A DNA stretch of 64,000 nucleotides from the human T2T-CHM13v2.0 reference genome, Homo sapiens, in the NCBI RefSeq assembly GCF_009914755.1, contig NC_060935.1; one strand, given 5' to 3'. Under the pieces are notes generated by a model. The model saw only the letters and a program-made list of their open reading frames with translations. It did no database searches and was not told the origin of the DNA. Positions 48,101-60,844 of this stretch are shown piece after piece. The position numbers and the translations under genes are program-made. Position 1 is the first letter of the stretch. The number at the start of each line of letters is the position of its first letter.

Positions 48101-51100
48101 GCTCCCAGATTCTTTGAGTTTTTGAAGGGTTTTTCATGTCTCTTTCTCCTTCAGTTCAGCTCTGATCTTGGTTATTTCATGTCTTCTGCTAGCTTTGGGT
48201 TTTGTTTGCTCTTTGTTCTCTAGTTCTTTTAGTTGTGTTCTTAAGTTATTAATTTGAGATCTTTCTAGCTTTTTGATGTGGGCATTTATTTCTATAAATT
48301 TCCACCTTATCACTGCTATGGATGCATCCCAGAGATTCTGGCATGTTGTCTCTTTGTTCTTATTGGTTTCAAAGAACTTCTTGATTTCTGCCTTAATTTC
48401 ATTATTTACCCACAAGTCATTTGGGAGCAAGTTGTTTAATTTCCAGGTAGTTGTGTGGTTTTGAGTGACTTTCTTAATCTTGAGTACTAATTTGATTGCA
48501 CTGTGGTCTGAGAGACTGCAGGTTATGATTTCAGTTTTTTTTTTTTTGCATTTGCTGTGGAATATTTTACTTTCAATTATGTGATCCATTTTAGAGTAAG
48601 TGCTATATGGTGATAAGAAGAATGTATATTCTGTTTTTTGGCATTGGAGAGTCCTGTAGATACCTATCAGGTCTACTTCATCCAGAGCTGAGTTCAGATC
48701 CTGAATATCTTTGTTCATTTTCTGTCTCAATGAGCCATCTAATATTTTCAGTGGGGTGTTAGAGTCTCCCATTATTTTTGTGTATGAATCTCAGCCTCTT
48801 TGTAGGTCTCTAAGAACTTGCTTTAAGAATCTGGGTACTCCTGTATTGGGTGCATATATATTTAGGACAGTTAATTATTCTTGTTGAATTGAACCCTTTA
48901 CCATTATGTAATGCCCTTCTTTGTCTTTTCTGGTCTTTTTTGGCCTAAAGTCTATTTTATTAGAAACTAGGATTGTGACCCCTGTTATTTTCTGTTTTTC
49001 ATTTGCTTGGAAAATTTTCCTCAATCCCTTTATTTTGAGCCTATGTGTGTCTTTGCATGTGAGATAGGTCTCTTGAAGACAGCATACCAATGGGTCCTGA
49101 CTCTTTATCCAGCTTGCCACTTTGTTTCTTTTAATTGGGGTATTTAGCCCATTTACATTTAGGGTTAATATTGTTATGTGTGAATTTGATACTTTCATCA
49201 TTATGTTAGCTCGTTTTTTTTCAGACTTGTTTATGTGGTTATTTCATAGCGTCACTGGTCTGTGTACTTCAGTGTGTTTTTGTAGTGGCTGGTAATGGAT
49301 TTTCATTTCCATATTTAGTGCTTTTTTCAAGAGCTCTTGCAAGGCAGGCCTGGTAGTGATAAATTCCCTCAGCATTTGCTTGTCTGTAAAGATTCTTATT
49401 TCTTTGCTTATGAAGCTTAGTTTGGCTGGATATGAAATACTGGGTGAAAATATTTTCTATAAGAATGTTGAATATTGGTCCCCAATGTCTTCTGGCTTAT
49501 AGGGTTTCCACTGGGAGATCTGGTGGGTTTCCCTTTGTAGGTGACCTGGCCTTTCTCTCTGGCTGCTCTTAACATTCTTTCTTTCATTTTGACCTTGGAG
49601 AATCTGATGATTATGTGTCTTGGGCTTTGTCTTCTCATAAAGTATCTTTCTAGGGTTCTCTGGATTTCCTGAATTTGAATGTTGGCCTATCTTGCAAGGT
49701 GGGAGAAGTTCTTCTGGATGATATCCTGAAATTTGTTTGCCAACTTGGTTCCATTCTCCTATCTGTTTCAGGTACCCCAGTAAGGTTCAATCTTTTTAGA
49801 TAATCCCATATTTCTTGGAAGTTTTTTGTTGTTGTTGTTCTTTTTCATTCTTGTTTCTTTAATCTTGTCTGTCTGTCTTATTTTAGAAAGATAGTCTTCA
49901 AGCTCTGAGATTCTTTCCCCACTTGCTCTGTTCTGCTATTGATACTTGTTATTGCCGTATAATTTTCTCATGTTTTGTTTTTCAGCTCCATCAGGTCAGT
50001 TATGCTTCTCTCTAAACTGGCTATTCTGGTTATCAGCTCCTGTATTGTTTTATCATGATTCTTAGCTTCTTTGCATTGGGTTACAACATGCTCCTTTAGC
50101 TCAGCAAAGTTCATTATTACCCACTTTCAGAAGGCTACTTCTGTCAGTCCAGCCATGTCAGCCTCAGGCTAGTTCTGTGCTCTTCCTGGAGAAGTATTGC
50201 AGTCATTTGGAGGAAAAGAAGCACTCTGGATTTTTGAGTTTTCAGTGGTTTTCTGTTCATTCTTTCTCATCTTTGTGGGCTCATCTGTCTTCAATTTTTG
50301 AGGTTGCTGACCTTTGAATAGGTTTTATGTGAGGTCTTTTTTTTTGTTAATGTTGTTAATGTTGCCTTCTGTTTGTTTGTTTTAACATCCTTGCCCAGTG
50401 AAGAGGGATGGATTGGGGTTCCACTTAAAGAAGTAGTCTGGCCATGATTTGGCATAGCAGCTGGGTTGTTTTGTGGGGGACTCCTCATTACCAGGACTGC
50501 CTAGACTCCCCAGAGCTGGCAGGCTAGAATGGTTGAGTCAACCTAACCACAGAAGTCGTGGTCACCCCACCGCTTATGAACTCATCCATCTCAGGCAGTC
50601 TCCAGCCTGTTGTGCTGACAAGCTAGAATTCTAAGCCAGTGGGTCTTATATTGTGAGGTGCCATGGAAGTGGGACCCAGAAGGATGGTGCTTGGCTCTTG
50701 TGGATTCAGCCCCCTTCCTAGGGAATGTGCTGAGGGGGTTCTCACCTTGTTGAGATTCCTCGGGCTGGAGACTGTAAAACTCCCAGGTCTTTGTGTGAGC
50801 CTGAGTGACCACTCTGTTGAGATTCCAAACAGCTCTGTGTATTAGACCCAAGGCACTGGTGGGATGGGCTCACGAGGGGATCTCCTGATCTGCAGATTGC
50901 AAAGATCTGTGGGAGAAGCATGTTTCCTGGGCGGGGTCAGACAATCACTCACTGCTTCCCTTGGCTGGGGGTGACGGTTCCTTTGGCTCCATGCCACTCT
51001 GGGGTGGGCTATCGCCCCACACTGCTTTTCTTTGTTCTCTGTGGATCAAGTCGATTGCCTAGTGAGTCCCAGTGCAAGAACCTGGATATTTCAGTTGAAG

Positions 51101-51316
51101 ATGCTGAGATTACTCACCATTTTCCTTCCTCTCTGTGACAGCCAAGGAACACAGATTCTTCTAGTTGGCCATCTTGGCCCCTGCCCCAGGGATCTTTTTA
51201 AGGTGCATATTCTGGTTTAGTAAATTTGAGATGGGACCTGAGATTCTGCATTTGTAACAAGCTCTCAGGTGACGTAGATGCTGTTGCTTAATAGGCCATA
51301 CTTTGATTAGCGAGGC
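45102..51316 (+). mobile_element. MER5A1 split by the L1 below (halves 45102-45152 and 51188-51316)
   Basis: atgcatacaaatcaattgggaatctt | gggatc..tgcatattctgg..cctgagattctgcatttgtaacaagctctcaggtga..actttgattagcgagg. Confidence 0.8.
45153..51187 (-). mobile_element. Full-length L1PA10/11-like, degenerate
   Basis: 5' end ggccatcttggcccctgcccc; ORF2 remnants 48875-49201, 48134-48772, 47136-47483, 46776-47099; degenerate TSD gggaatctttt / gggatcttttt. Confidence 0.88.
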
Positions 51317-51857
51317 TCGAAATCATTAGTCATCAAGGAAATGCAAATTAATGCCAAAAAGTGATTCTACTCCAAACACACACAAAAATGGTTAACAATA
51401 TAAGAAGTGATAGTACTACACATATTGGCAAGGACGTGGAGTAATAGGAACTCTTATCCACAGAATAGACAAGAATAGACAAGAATTTTATTAACAGTGC
51501 TATTTGAATTATCTCTAACCTGGAACAATACAAATGTCTTTCAGTAGTAGAAAGCATACCTAAATTATGATATACTCACATGATAGACTACTATAATAAT
51601 GAAACTGAACTATGTACAATTAACCGGAACAGAAAAATGTCAGATTGAAGATTATATACATATGGTTACAGATATATAAAGTTTACAAATGGCAAAACTA
51701 ATTTACGGTGTTAGAAATCAGGATAATGGTGAAAGAGATTGTGCCCCCCTTTCCAGATGGCACAAGTTGGACTTATGGGTTACTAAGATGCTTCTAATCA
51801 GCTATCTTGGCCCCTCCTTCAGGGATCTTTTTTAAGTGCATATTCTGATTTAGTAAA

Positions 51858-52095
51858 TTCTCAGCTCACTGCAACCTCTGCCTCCCGGGCTCAAGTGATT
51901 CTTCCACCTCAGAGCCCCCAGTAGCTGGGACCACAAGCGTGTACCACCATGCTGGGCTAATTTTTGTATTTTTAGTAGAAAGATGAGGTTTCACCATGTT
52001 GGCCAGGCTGGTTTCAAATTCCTGACCTCAAGTAATCTGCCCACCTTGGCCTCCCAAAGTGCTGGGATTACAGGTGTGAGCCACCATGACTGGCC
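51858..52095 (-). mobile_element. Alu (Jb/Sx-like) lacking its 3' ~45 nt and polyA tail
   Basis: Begins tctcagctcactgcaacc, ends gagccaccatgactggcc; no polyT. Confidence 0.9.
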
Positions 52096-52129
52096 CTGGT
52101 TTTTGTTTTTCAGTGTATTAGTAAAGATG

Positions 52130-52285
52130 CACAAATTTCCTATAGTACAAAATATATTATAATCTAATAACTGTAGTTCAATATAATTGATTTCTTATGT
52201 ATTTTATTTTATGAGTTTGAAAACCTTATTCTGAAAGGTTTATAAATTTCACTAGACTGCCAAAAGTGTCCATGGCTCAAAAGAG
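52130..52285 (+). mobile_element. hAT-Charlie4-like fragment
   Basis: ttcaatataattgatttc..tattctgaaagg..cactagactgccaaaagtgtccatggc. Confidence 0.55.
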
Positions 52286-52905
52286 TACAGTCTGTTTCAG
52301 TTTTCCACTGCTGTGCAACAAGCCACCCCAAAACTTCACAGTGTGATGTAGTTTCTCTTTCCTGACAGAGAAACTGCTGGCAGTAGTTTTATGTTTCTTA
52401 ATCTTGGAGTTGGCTACATGGTTTTTGTTTGTTTGTTTTCTTGTTTGCTTTTACTTTATGACAATTTATCTAGCTGAAACATTAAGAATTTTGTCTTTCT
52501 CTTAATTAAGTAAAATTACATAAAATTTTTACTTAAAATTATCTAATTAATGCTAGCTATGAAAACTGTTGTAAACTACTCTAAAGAAAAGGGGGTGAAG
52601 TCCTGAAGAGTAATGTCTTCCCTTCCAGTTTTACTTTAAGTGACTGCATAAAGCAGGATTAGAATAGGTATTTTTCAGTTTTTCTCCCTCCTTTGGAAAT
52701 GCAGTTTTTCAAAATAGGTAACTTCTTTGATTTACTGCTACATTGTCTCCTGAATTCATAAATTCTTTTATTCATGAAATATTTTGATAGCATTATATTA
52801 AATTTCTATAGCATTTCATATAACTTGAAGCTTATTCTTGCATATCTTCCTATTTTTATATTTAAACTTTATAACAAATCTGCAGTATTAAAGGGGCACT
52901 TATAT

Positions 52906-54472
52906 TGAGAGGTGACAGCGTGCTGGCAGTCCTCAGAGCCCTCGCTTGCTCTTGGCACCTCCCCTGCCTGGGCTCCCACTTTGGTGGCATTTGAGGAGCC
53001 CTTCAGCCCCCCCACTGCACTGTGGGAGCCCCTTTCTGGGCTGGCCAAGGCTGGAGCCCACTCCCTCAGCTTGCAGGGAGGTGTGGAGGGAGAGGCGCAA
53101 GCGGGAACTGGGGCTGCGTGCGGTGCTTGCAGGCCAGCTGGATTTCCGGGTGGGCGTGGGCTTGGTGGGCCCCGCACTCGGAGCAGCCAGCCAGCCCTGC
53201 TGGCCCCGGGCAATGAGGGGCTTAGCACCCGGGCCAGTGGCTGCGGAGGGTGTGCTGGGTCCCTCAGCAGTGCCAGCCCACTGGCTCTGAGCTTGATTTC
53301 TCGCCGGGCCTTAGCTGCCTTCCCGCGGGGCAGGGCTCGGGACCTGCAGCCCGCCATGCCTGAGCCTCCCACCCACTCCATGGGCTCCTATGCGGCCGAG
53401 CCTCCCCAACGAGCACCACCCCATGCTCCATGGTGCCCAGTCCCATCGACCACCCAAGGGCTGAGGAATGCAAGCGCATGGCGCAGGACTGGCAGGCAGC
53501 TCCACCTGCAGCCCTGGTGCGGGATCCACTAGGTGAAGCCAGCTGGGCTCCTGAGTCTGGTGGGGACGTGGAGAGTCTTTATATCTAGCTCAGGGATTGT
53601 AAATACACCAATCAGTACCCTGTGTTTAGCTCAAGGTTTGTGAGTGTACCAATCGACACTCTGTATCTAGCTGCTCTGGTGGGGCCTTGGAGAACCTTTA
53701 TGTCTAGCTCAGGGATTGTAAATACACCAATCAGCACCCTGTGTTTAGCTCAAGGTTTGTGAGTGCACCAATCGACACTCTGTATCTAGCTGCTCTGGTG
53801 GGGACGTGGAGAACCTTTATGTCTAGCTCAGGGATTGTAAATACACCAATCGGCACTCTGTATCTAGCTCAAGGTTTGTAAACACACCAATCAGCACCCT
53901 GTGTTTAGCTCAAGGTTTGTGAATGCACCAATTGACACTCTGTATCTAGCTGCTCTGGTGGGGCCTTGGAGAACCTGTGTGTCGAAACTCTGCATCTAAC
54001 TAATCTGATGGGGACGTGGAGAACCTTTGTATCTAGCTCAGGGATTGTAAACGCACCAATCAGCGCCCTGACAAAACAGGCCACTCGGCTCTACCAATCA
54101 GCAGGATGTAGGTGGGTCCAGATAAGAGAATAAAAGCAGGCTGCCGGAGCCAGCATTGGCAACCCGCTCGGGTCCCCTTCCACATTGTGGAAGCTTTGTT
54201 CTTTTGCTCTTTGCAATAAATCTTGCTACTGCTCACTCTTTGGGTCCACGCTGCTTTTATGAGCTGTAACACTCACCACGAAGATCTGCAGCTTCACTCT
54301 TGAGCCCAGCGAGACCACGAACCCACCAGAAGGAAGACACTCTGAACACATCTGAACATCAGAAGGGACAGACTCCAGACGCGCCACCTTAAGAGCTGTA
54401 ACACTCACCGCGAGGGTCTGCAGCTTCATTGTTGAAATCAGTGAGACCAAGAACCCACCAATTCCGGACACA
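52906..54472 (+). mobile_element. LTR12C (ERV9) solo LTR, 1567 bp, 4-bp TSD
   Basis: tgagaggtgacagcgtgctggc ... ccaattccggacaca; TSD atat 52902-52905 / 54473-54476. Confidence 0.97.
53575..54140 (+). promoter_or_regulatory. LTR12C U3 enhancer/promoter: tandem ~40-bp units with nine CCAAT boxes, GATA-like motifs and AATAAAA TATA-like box
   Basis: Nine accaat occurrences between 53606 and 54099; agataagagaataaaagc at 54120-54137. Confidence 0.8.
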
Positions 54473-56494
54473 ATATCAGTTTTACTGGTTTGATATTGTC
54501 CTTCCTTACCCTCGCAGATTGAGATTTTTTATCCAAAGGGGAGAGAGGAGAAGAGTTTGGGCAGAGTTCCACACCCTCACTCCTGAAGCTGCTGTTCCCT
54601 TCCTGCAGGCCTGCACAGTAAGGGAAACTTACTCAAGGTTCTCTCCTGTTTTCCCTTTGAGAGTGAATTTTAGGGCCATACTTTCATTGTTCTCTAAGTG
54701 TTGGATCTTATAGCCTCCCAGAAGAGCTCAGAAAAGACTGGAAAACTAGCAAGTAATCATTGCCACTAATAACTTCTATGTTTTTTATATATTATCTGAA
54801 TATTATCTTAGAATAATATTTATGAACTTTAAATACACCTACAGAGTTTATGAAGTGTTATATATCCCAGGATAGTCTATATCTGTTTCAGAAAGATAAG
54901 TATTCTCTCTCTCTCTGAATATACACAGAGGTATTCCTTTCAAAGGCCTGAGGCACACAATCTCTGGGCCACAGCAACGTTTTTACAAAAGTTTTCTCCT
55001 ATATCAAACATCCTTGCTCCTCTCTTTTCCTAGCTAAGTTGTATCCATTCTGTCTTCTCAGTAAACTACATGGGCAGAGACTTTCCTATCTACCCTCACA
55101 CAGTATTTCTGCATCCAGCAGTGTCTCATTGCATGGTAAATGTCCAATTAACTTTTTTTGAATGAATGAAAGTAATGACTCATTTTTTAATGAGTTTTCA
55201 AGTTTCTATAATATTCTTTTGTTGCAATTTTTCCCACAACTCAAATAGACAGAAAATAATATGTCATTAGAAAGTCAAACTTGCCGTGGAACTAAAAAAA
55301 TGTTTAAATCATTAACTAGTAAAGGGAGTTTTAGGATGAAAGAAAAGAAGTAAAATCTCTTCAGTGAGGGAACATATACTTCAAACTTGATATCTGCTTA
55401 TGGATTTTGGAGAATAGCATGTCTATCCTGAACACTTAAAAATTATGATATAAAAGTCAAGAACTTAGAAAATGGCTTCATTTAGCTTCTTTGTCTGAAA
55501 TTTTTATAGTCACATTAAGAGTGATAAAGCGGATTGTGCACGTTTAGCTTAGTTGGTGTCATACAGTACCTGGTAATTTTGTAAGGGATTATTTTCTGTC
55601 AGGAAAGAGAATTATTGAAATAAAAATGGGGAGCTCCCCAGTGAGGAGACAATTACTAGCTTCAGCTAACAACTAATATAATTGGCATGCTTACATGCTT
55701 TGTTTATTTGGGAATATAATTTTATTAATTAAATATAAGCCATAAAGGTGGCTACCTGGTGCTTTGTAAATGTAAACACCTTGCTGAATAGTAATTTGAA
55801 GTCCATTAACTTCTAAGACTGCCAGGCAGAAGTTTCATAATGAGTTTGCAAGATACACTCAAAATGGAAACATCAGCTCATTAATGAAAGAGTTTGAGAG
55901 GAGTTGGCTTCACTGTGTTGAAGGTCATACAGAAAGGGTGGAGAGCCCAGCAGTGTTATCCACAAACCACTTTAGTTCACTGTTAAGAGGAAGTGATCAG
56001 TGTCAATTAATCTTGCACAGCCAGGGAAAAATGCTCATACACAGCTATCAAAAGAAATGGTCTTAAATCCAAGACTACATCTTGCCACACATGTTCCAAG
56101 TGGGAAGTGTCACTGCTTAAAGGATGTGGATAACTTGCACAAAATCTTTCCATTACCAGCATGATTTTATTTTAAAAGATGCTGAAGTTACTTTTAGAGT
56201 ATGAATTCATGAATATTAAATTCCTTAAGTTTTTTTATTACTTTTAGAATTTATAAAGCGAAGTCATCATTTTCTCTTCCTTATTCAGTATCATTCCTGC
56301 TGTTGAGATTTCAAACTGACAGCCTCTTATACACATTGCTAGAAAGAAAAGTCTTTAAGTGGAACAGCAAAGTCACTGGTGATAAAAGCAATAATATTAG
56401 TAGCTATTATTTAGTGAGCAGTTAAACTGTGCCATCATGCATTCTTCAAAGCCTTGTTTATTATAATATTTAAATCTCTAAACAATCCTATACA

Positions 56495-56845
56495 TGCCAT
56501 TTCCCAGTCATCCATAAAGCTAGGTGTGGCCTTGTGACAGCTTCTAGCCAATGGAATGTGAGAGGGAGAGATACATGCTATTTCTGGGCCAAAGCCCTTA
56601 AGAAGCTGATAGGCATTCTCCTCAATTGCTTTTGCCCTTAGCAGGCTGGTATATCAAGAATAAGTCCCTGGGGGGTGACAAAGCTACATGTCGGAAGAAA
56701 CACATTTTCTGATTCACCATAAGAACTGTGGTTCATAATCTGCATTACTGCTCTGGGTTACTATGTGAGTAAGAAATGAACTTTTATTGTGGTTGAACTC
56801 TTACACATTGGGTCTATTTTATATGGTATTTTAGACTACTCTAAT
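56495..56845 (+). mobile_element. MLT1I/J-like LTR inserted in a minus-strand MIR (~56390-56990)
   Basis: gctaggtgtggccttgtgac..tctagccaatggaatgtga; flanking tatcctcattttacagttgaggaaactgaggc. Confidence 0.65.
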
Positions 56846-57631
56846 GAGTACTAAACAACATTATTATTATCCTCATTTTACAGTTGAGGAAACTGAGGCG
56901 CAGAGTTTTTAAAGTAAATTCTTAAATTGCTAATTAGTCAAATGAGCTTTTGAATCCCTGCTGTCTGATGCCGGAGACTGTTTTACAAGTACATTTCTAT
57001 GCTTGCTACCACAAATCTGAATGGTATCTGGCTAAGGGATAATGCAATGTGCCTGATCCAGAGAGAGTAGCTGGAAATAGCACAGTTAGTACATCACATA
57101 GAAACTAGAGGACTGACCTAGTGCAACGGCTTGTTGAAGCTACCCCTGTTGACATAGAGAAGTTGTTGATGGATAAAAAGTAGGAATCCTTAGACAACGA
57201 GATTGCTCATTAAGGGAAATATTTCAATATTAGTCCGACAAGCAGAACCTTTTTTTTTCTACTTGCCTTTCCTATTTGCCCAATGCATTAGAGGAACTAG
57301 CTACTAAGGAGGGTGGGGCAGGTGATGGAGATATTTGCAGGAAGAAGAGCTCCAATTCTCCTGAATTTCTGGAGCCACATATAGCTCTACCTAAATTGAG
57401 GAATGGAGAAGAATTTTGCATTAAGTTTCAGATTAAATATTTTTTAAAGTATTTTTATGGTAATACATTGGCTGAGATTTAGAAATTGAACTTAGCCCAT
57501 TCCATTAACCAAAATGTGAAAGCAAAGCTAATGATGTATTATTAACAGAAAATTTAATATACTATAGATTAATTGAAACAAAGTTTAAGAAAATAGCTTC
57601 CATGACAAACACATTTTTGTTCTTATTATAG

Positions 57632-57742
57632 TTGGAGTGACCAATTGTCTCAGTTTTCCTGGGACTCTCCCTATTTTAACATTGATGTCCTGTGTCCTGG
57701 AAACCCTGAAGTTCCAGATCAACCAGGACAGGTGTTTACTCT
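57632..57742 (+). mobile_element. MER81 (hAT-Blackjack MITE)
   Basis: gagtgaccaattgtctcagttttcctgggact...tgtcctggaaaccc...aaccaggacaggtg. Confidence 0.7.
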
Positions 57743-59193
57743 GATTCCAGTGGTTAATATTCCTTACCAAACTATTTACATGTTTTTCACCTTCAAAGTT
57801 ACGGTCATCTTTCTCCAGTTTGCCTTCTCTCCCTACTTGTTCCTTCATGTTTTCCCTCTCAGCACTTATGATGCGCCAAACTGAAGCCACACATTTACTA
57901 AGCATGCTGCTGGTCCATGACTTTATGCCCTTGCACATTTATTTTGGTGCCTCTTTTATCTAGGGGGCCCCACTCAAACATGCTGATGGTCTGTCAATAC
58001 TGTCTCGTCTTTCAAAGCTTAGCTTAAAAATCAGCTTCTCTATGAACTCTTTCTTGATCGCCCCAACTCTCAATAGAATTGACAGCTCTTTTTTCTATGC
58101 TATATGGACTTTTATTTCAGTAGGTATGACCGGTTATTGCCCTTTTAGTTTTGACATGTCTAGATCTCCTTCATAACGTGTATCTCAAATTAGGATCTGT
58201 GGTGTAACTCCTGACATCTGCAAATATACTTTAAGTTTTTCTTTGCAAGAAAAAATGTAAATAAGTACTTTTTTGACCTATTAAGAACAAACTTCTCTTT
58301 TGCTGTGATAATTTGTTATTGAAATATATTTTCACAGAATAAAATTTTAATTTCTGTGTTAGGTTTTTGTAAATTTCAGCTTATGACTTTTTAAATGGCC
58401 CTTTGGATTTTTTTTGCTTTAGAAAGAATCTGTATGTCATTATATACACGTAAATTCCAGTGTAATTATCATGGCAATTGTTATGTACTTTCTACTTTTT
58501 TTATAGGTTTCATGAAGCTGACATTTTCCGAATTTCTCAAGAATTTGCCTGTTAGTAGCAAAATTGATAGTGAATTTTCCCTCAATTTTTGCCATCAAAT
58601 AGCAGAGATAATCCTGAAATAGTCTATTTGTGAATTGGGCAAATCATTTAAACTCAAGAGAGTCAGCTTCATTACCTTTCATTGAAGGTGCTAGGACAGA
58701 TGGGCTTTACAGTTCAATGGAGCTCTAAATAGGTTGCTACAAACAGTGAACCCACAGCCTTTGCTGAATGGTATCAAGGCTTTGGTCCTGGATCCTGAGG
58801 TTGCTGTGGTGAAGATCCCATATATGCTTAACCCCAAGGAAAAGATTTCATAGATAAACTTATGGTGACATTTAAAACTCTAGAGGGCAGAGTTTGGATT
58901 AGTAAGACGAGAGTAAAGAATCTAATTCCAAATAAACTAGCTATGTAATCACTTATGAAGGCTGTAATAATTGCTCTACAAATATTTGAATAGCATAAAT
59001 GATATAGGTGATGAGCAATCTATGGGAATACATGCACACAAATATGCACACATATGTAAATTAGATTCAGGGAACATAACAGCTTCTTTATATTCAGAAT
59101 CACCTTTATAAGAAAGAAGGTAATAGTTTAATGTCATAGGAGATAGATCTTTCAGGGAAAGCCTTATTACTTTCTATTAAAAACAAAAATCAC

Positions 59194-59553
<360 letters not shown>

Positions 59554-59926
59554 TTATAATTGTCTTTTGAATTATAAATATGCCGACCATTTGCCTAAAG
59601 TTAAATTGGAAGCTTCCTAGTTTGCTTTTTTTTTTAATTTGTAAAGCTTCTTTAATGAATTGTACAGGATGTAGAAAATAAAGTGAAAAAGAAATATTTT
59701 CTACTATATGCAAATACTATGTGAATAGTCCTGAGCAATGATTACTTTCTGGTGAGTTATTAATGATAATATTTAGCAGTAAGACTATAACGTCAGAAGT
59801 CAGTACAAAATAAATACTTTCCCTAGACTAGTGACTTGTTTTTTAAAATGACCTTAGCTTCCTTTGTCTGTGAAAGCTTAGTCCTCATTATGACCATTCT
59901 GTTTTTATAAGGCAACAATTAAGAAG

Positions 59927-60398
59927 TATGAAGGGCCTGAGAGTTTACCCTACTTAATAGCTAAGAAATTAGCTTGCCACAAAAATTTTATGGATTCTGG
60001 CAGAAGACAAAAAAATTTTTGGATCAAAGAAAAAGGACTCCATTACTTACGGCACAGGATCAACATGGGATTCATATTCATTTCAGATCCTGTTGACTCC
60101 CAATTCCCTCATCAGGCCAAAGTAGAGAGGCCCAAGTAGATGCTGCAACATAGCTGAAGAATGTCAAGCTTAGAGAACCAAATCTTTTATTATAATAGGT
60201 TGCAAGCAAATTTGTTGAACTTTGTTCTTCAGAGAATTGTCTTTATTATACAGAATAGCTAACAGCAACAACAAAAACAAGCAAAAACAAAACAAAATGA
60301 AACAAACTTGACTGTATAATCTGGAACAAAGGCCATTATTGCCAATTCTTTCAAATTGTTCAGAAATGTGGAAAACCATGGGGAGTTGTTTTCCAAAA
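59927..60398 (-). mobile_element. ERVL LTR (MER54/MER74-family-like)
   Basis: tgaagggcctgagagtttaccctactt..gctaagaaattagcttgccaca..tggattctggcagaagac. Confidence 0.6.
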
Positions 60399-60486
60399 GC
60401 AAAATAAAAGGATAGCTCTACTAATAAAGGTATAATTATTCATTGAGAATTTTTTTTTAAAGAAAAAGCTATTTAAAACCACACAA

Positions 60487-60844
<358 letters not shown>

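Larger units (their letters stand above)
51320..52530 (+). mobile_element. L1ME-like 3' end in two pieces (51320-51784, 52376-52530)
   Basis: ggcaaaactaatttacggtgttagaaatcaggataatggt ... gctggcagtagttttatgtttcttaatcttggagttggctacatgg. Confidence 0.6.

Noticed and set aside
52869-53532. Overlapping 114-206 aa ORFs
   Set aside because: They lie in the GC-rich U3 of LTR12C, where stop codons are rare; no recognisable protein.
53575-54100. Regularly spaced ~40-bp repeats resembling a CRISPR-like array
   Set aside because: No unique spacers; these are the normal LTR12C enhancer repeats in eukaryotic DNA.
55683-55700. p53-like tggcatgcttacatgctt
   Set aside because: Half-sites overlap by 2 nt and are imperfect; not a canonical response element.
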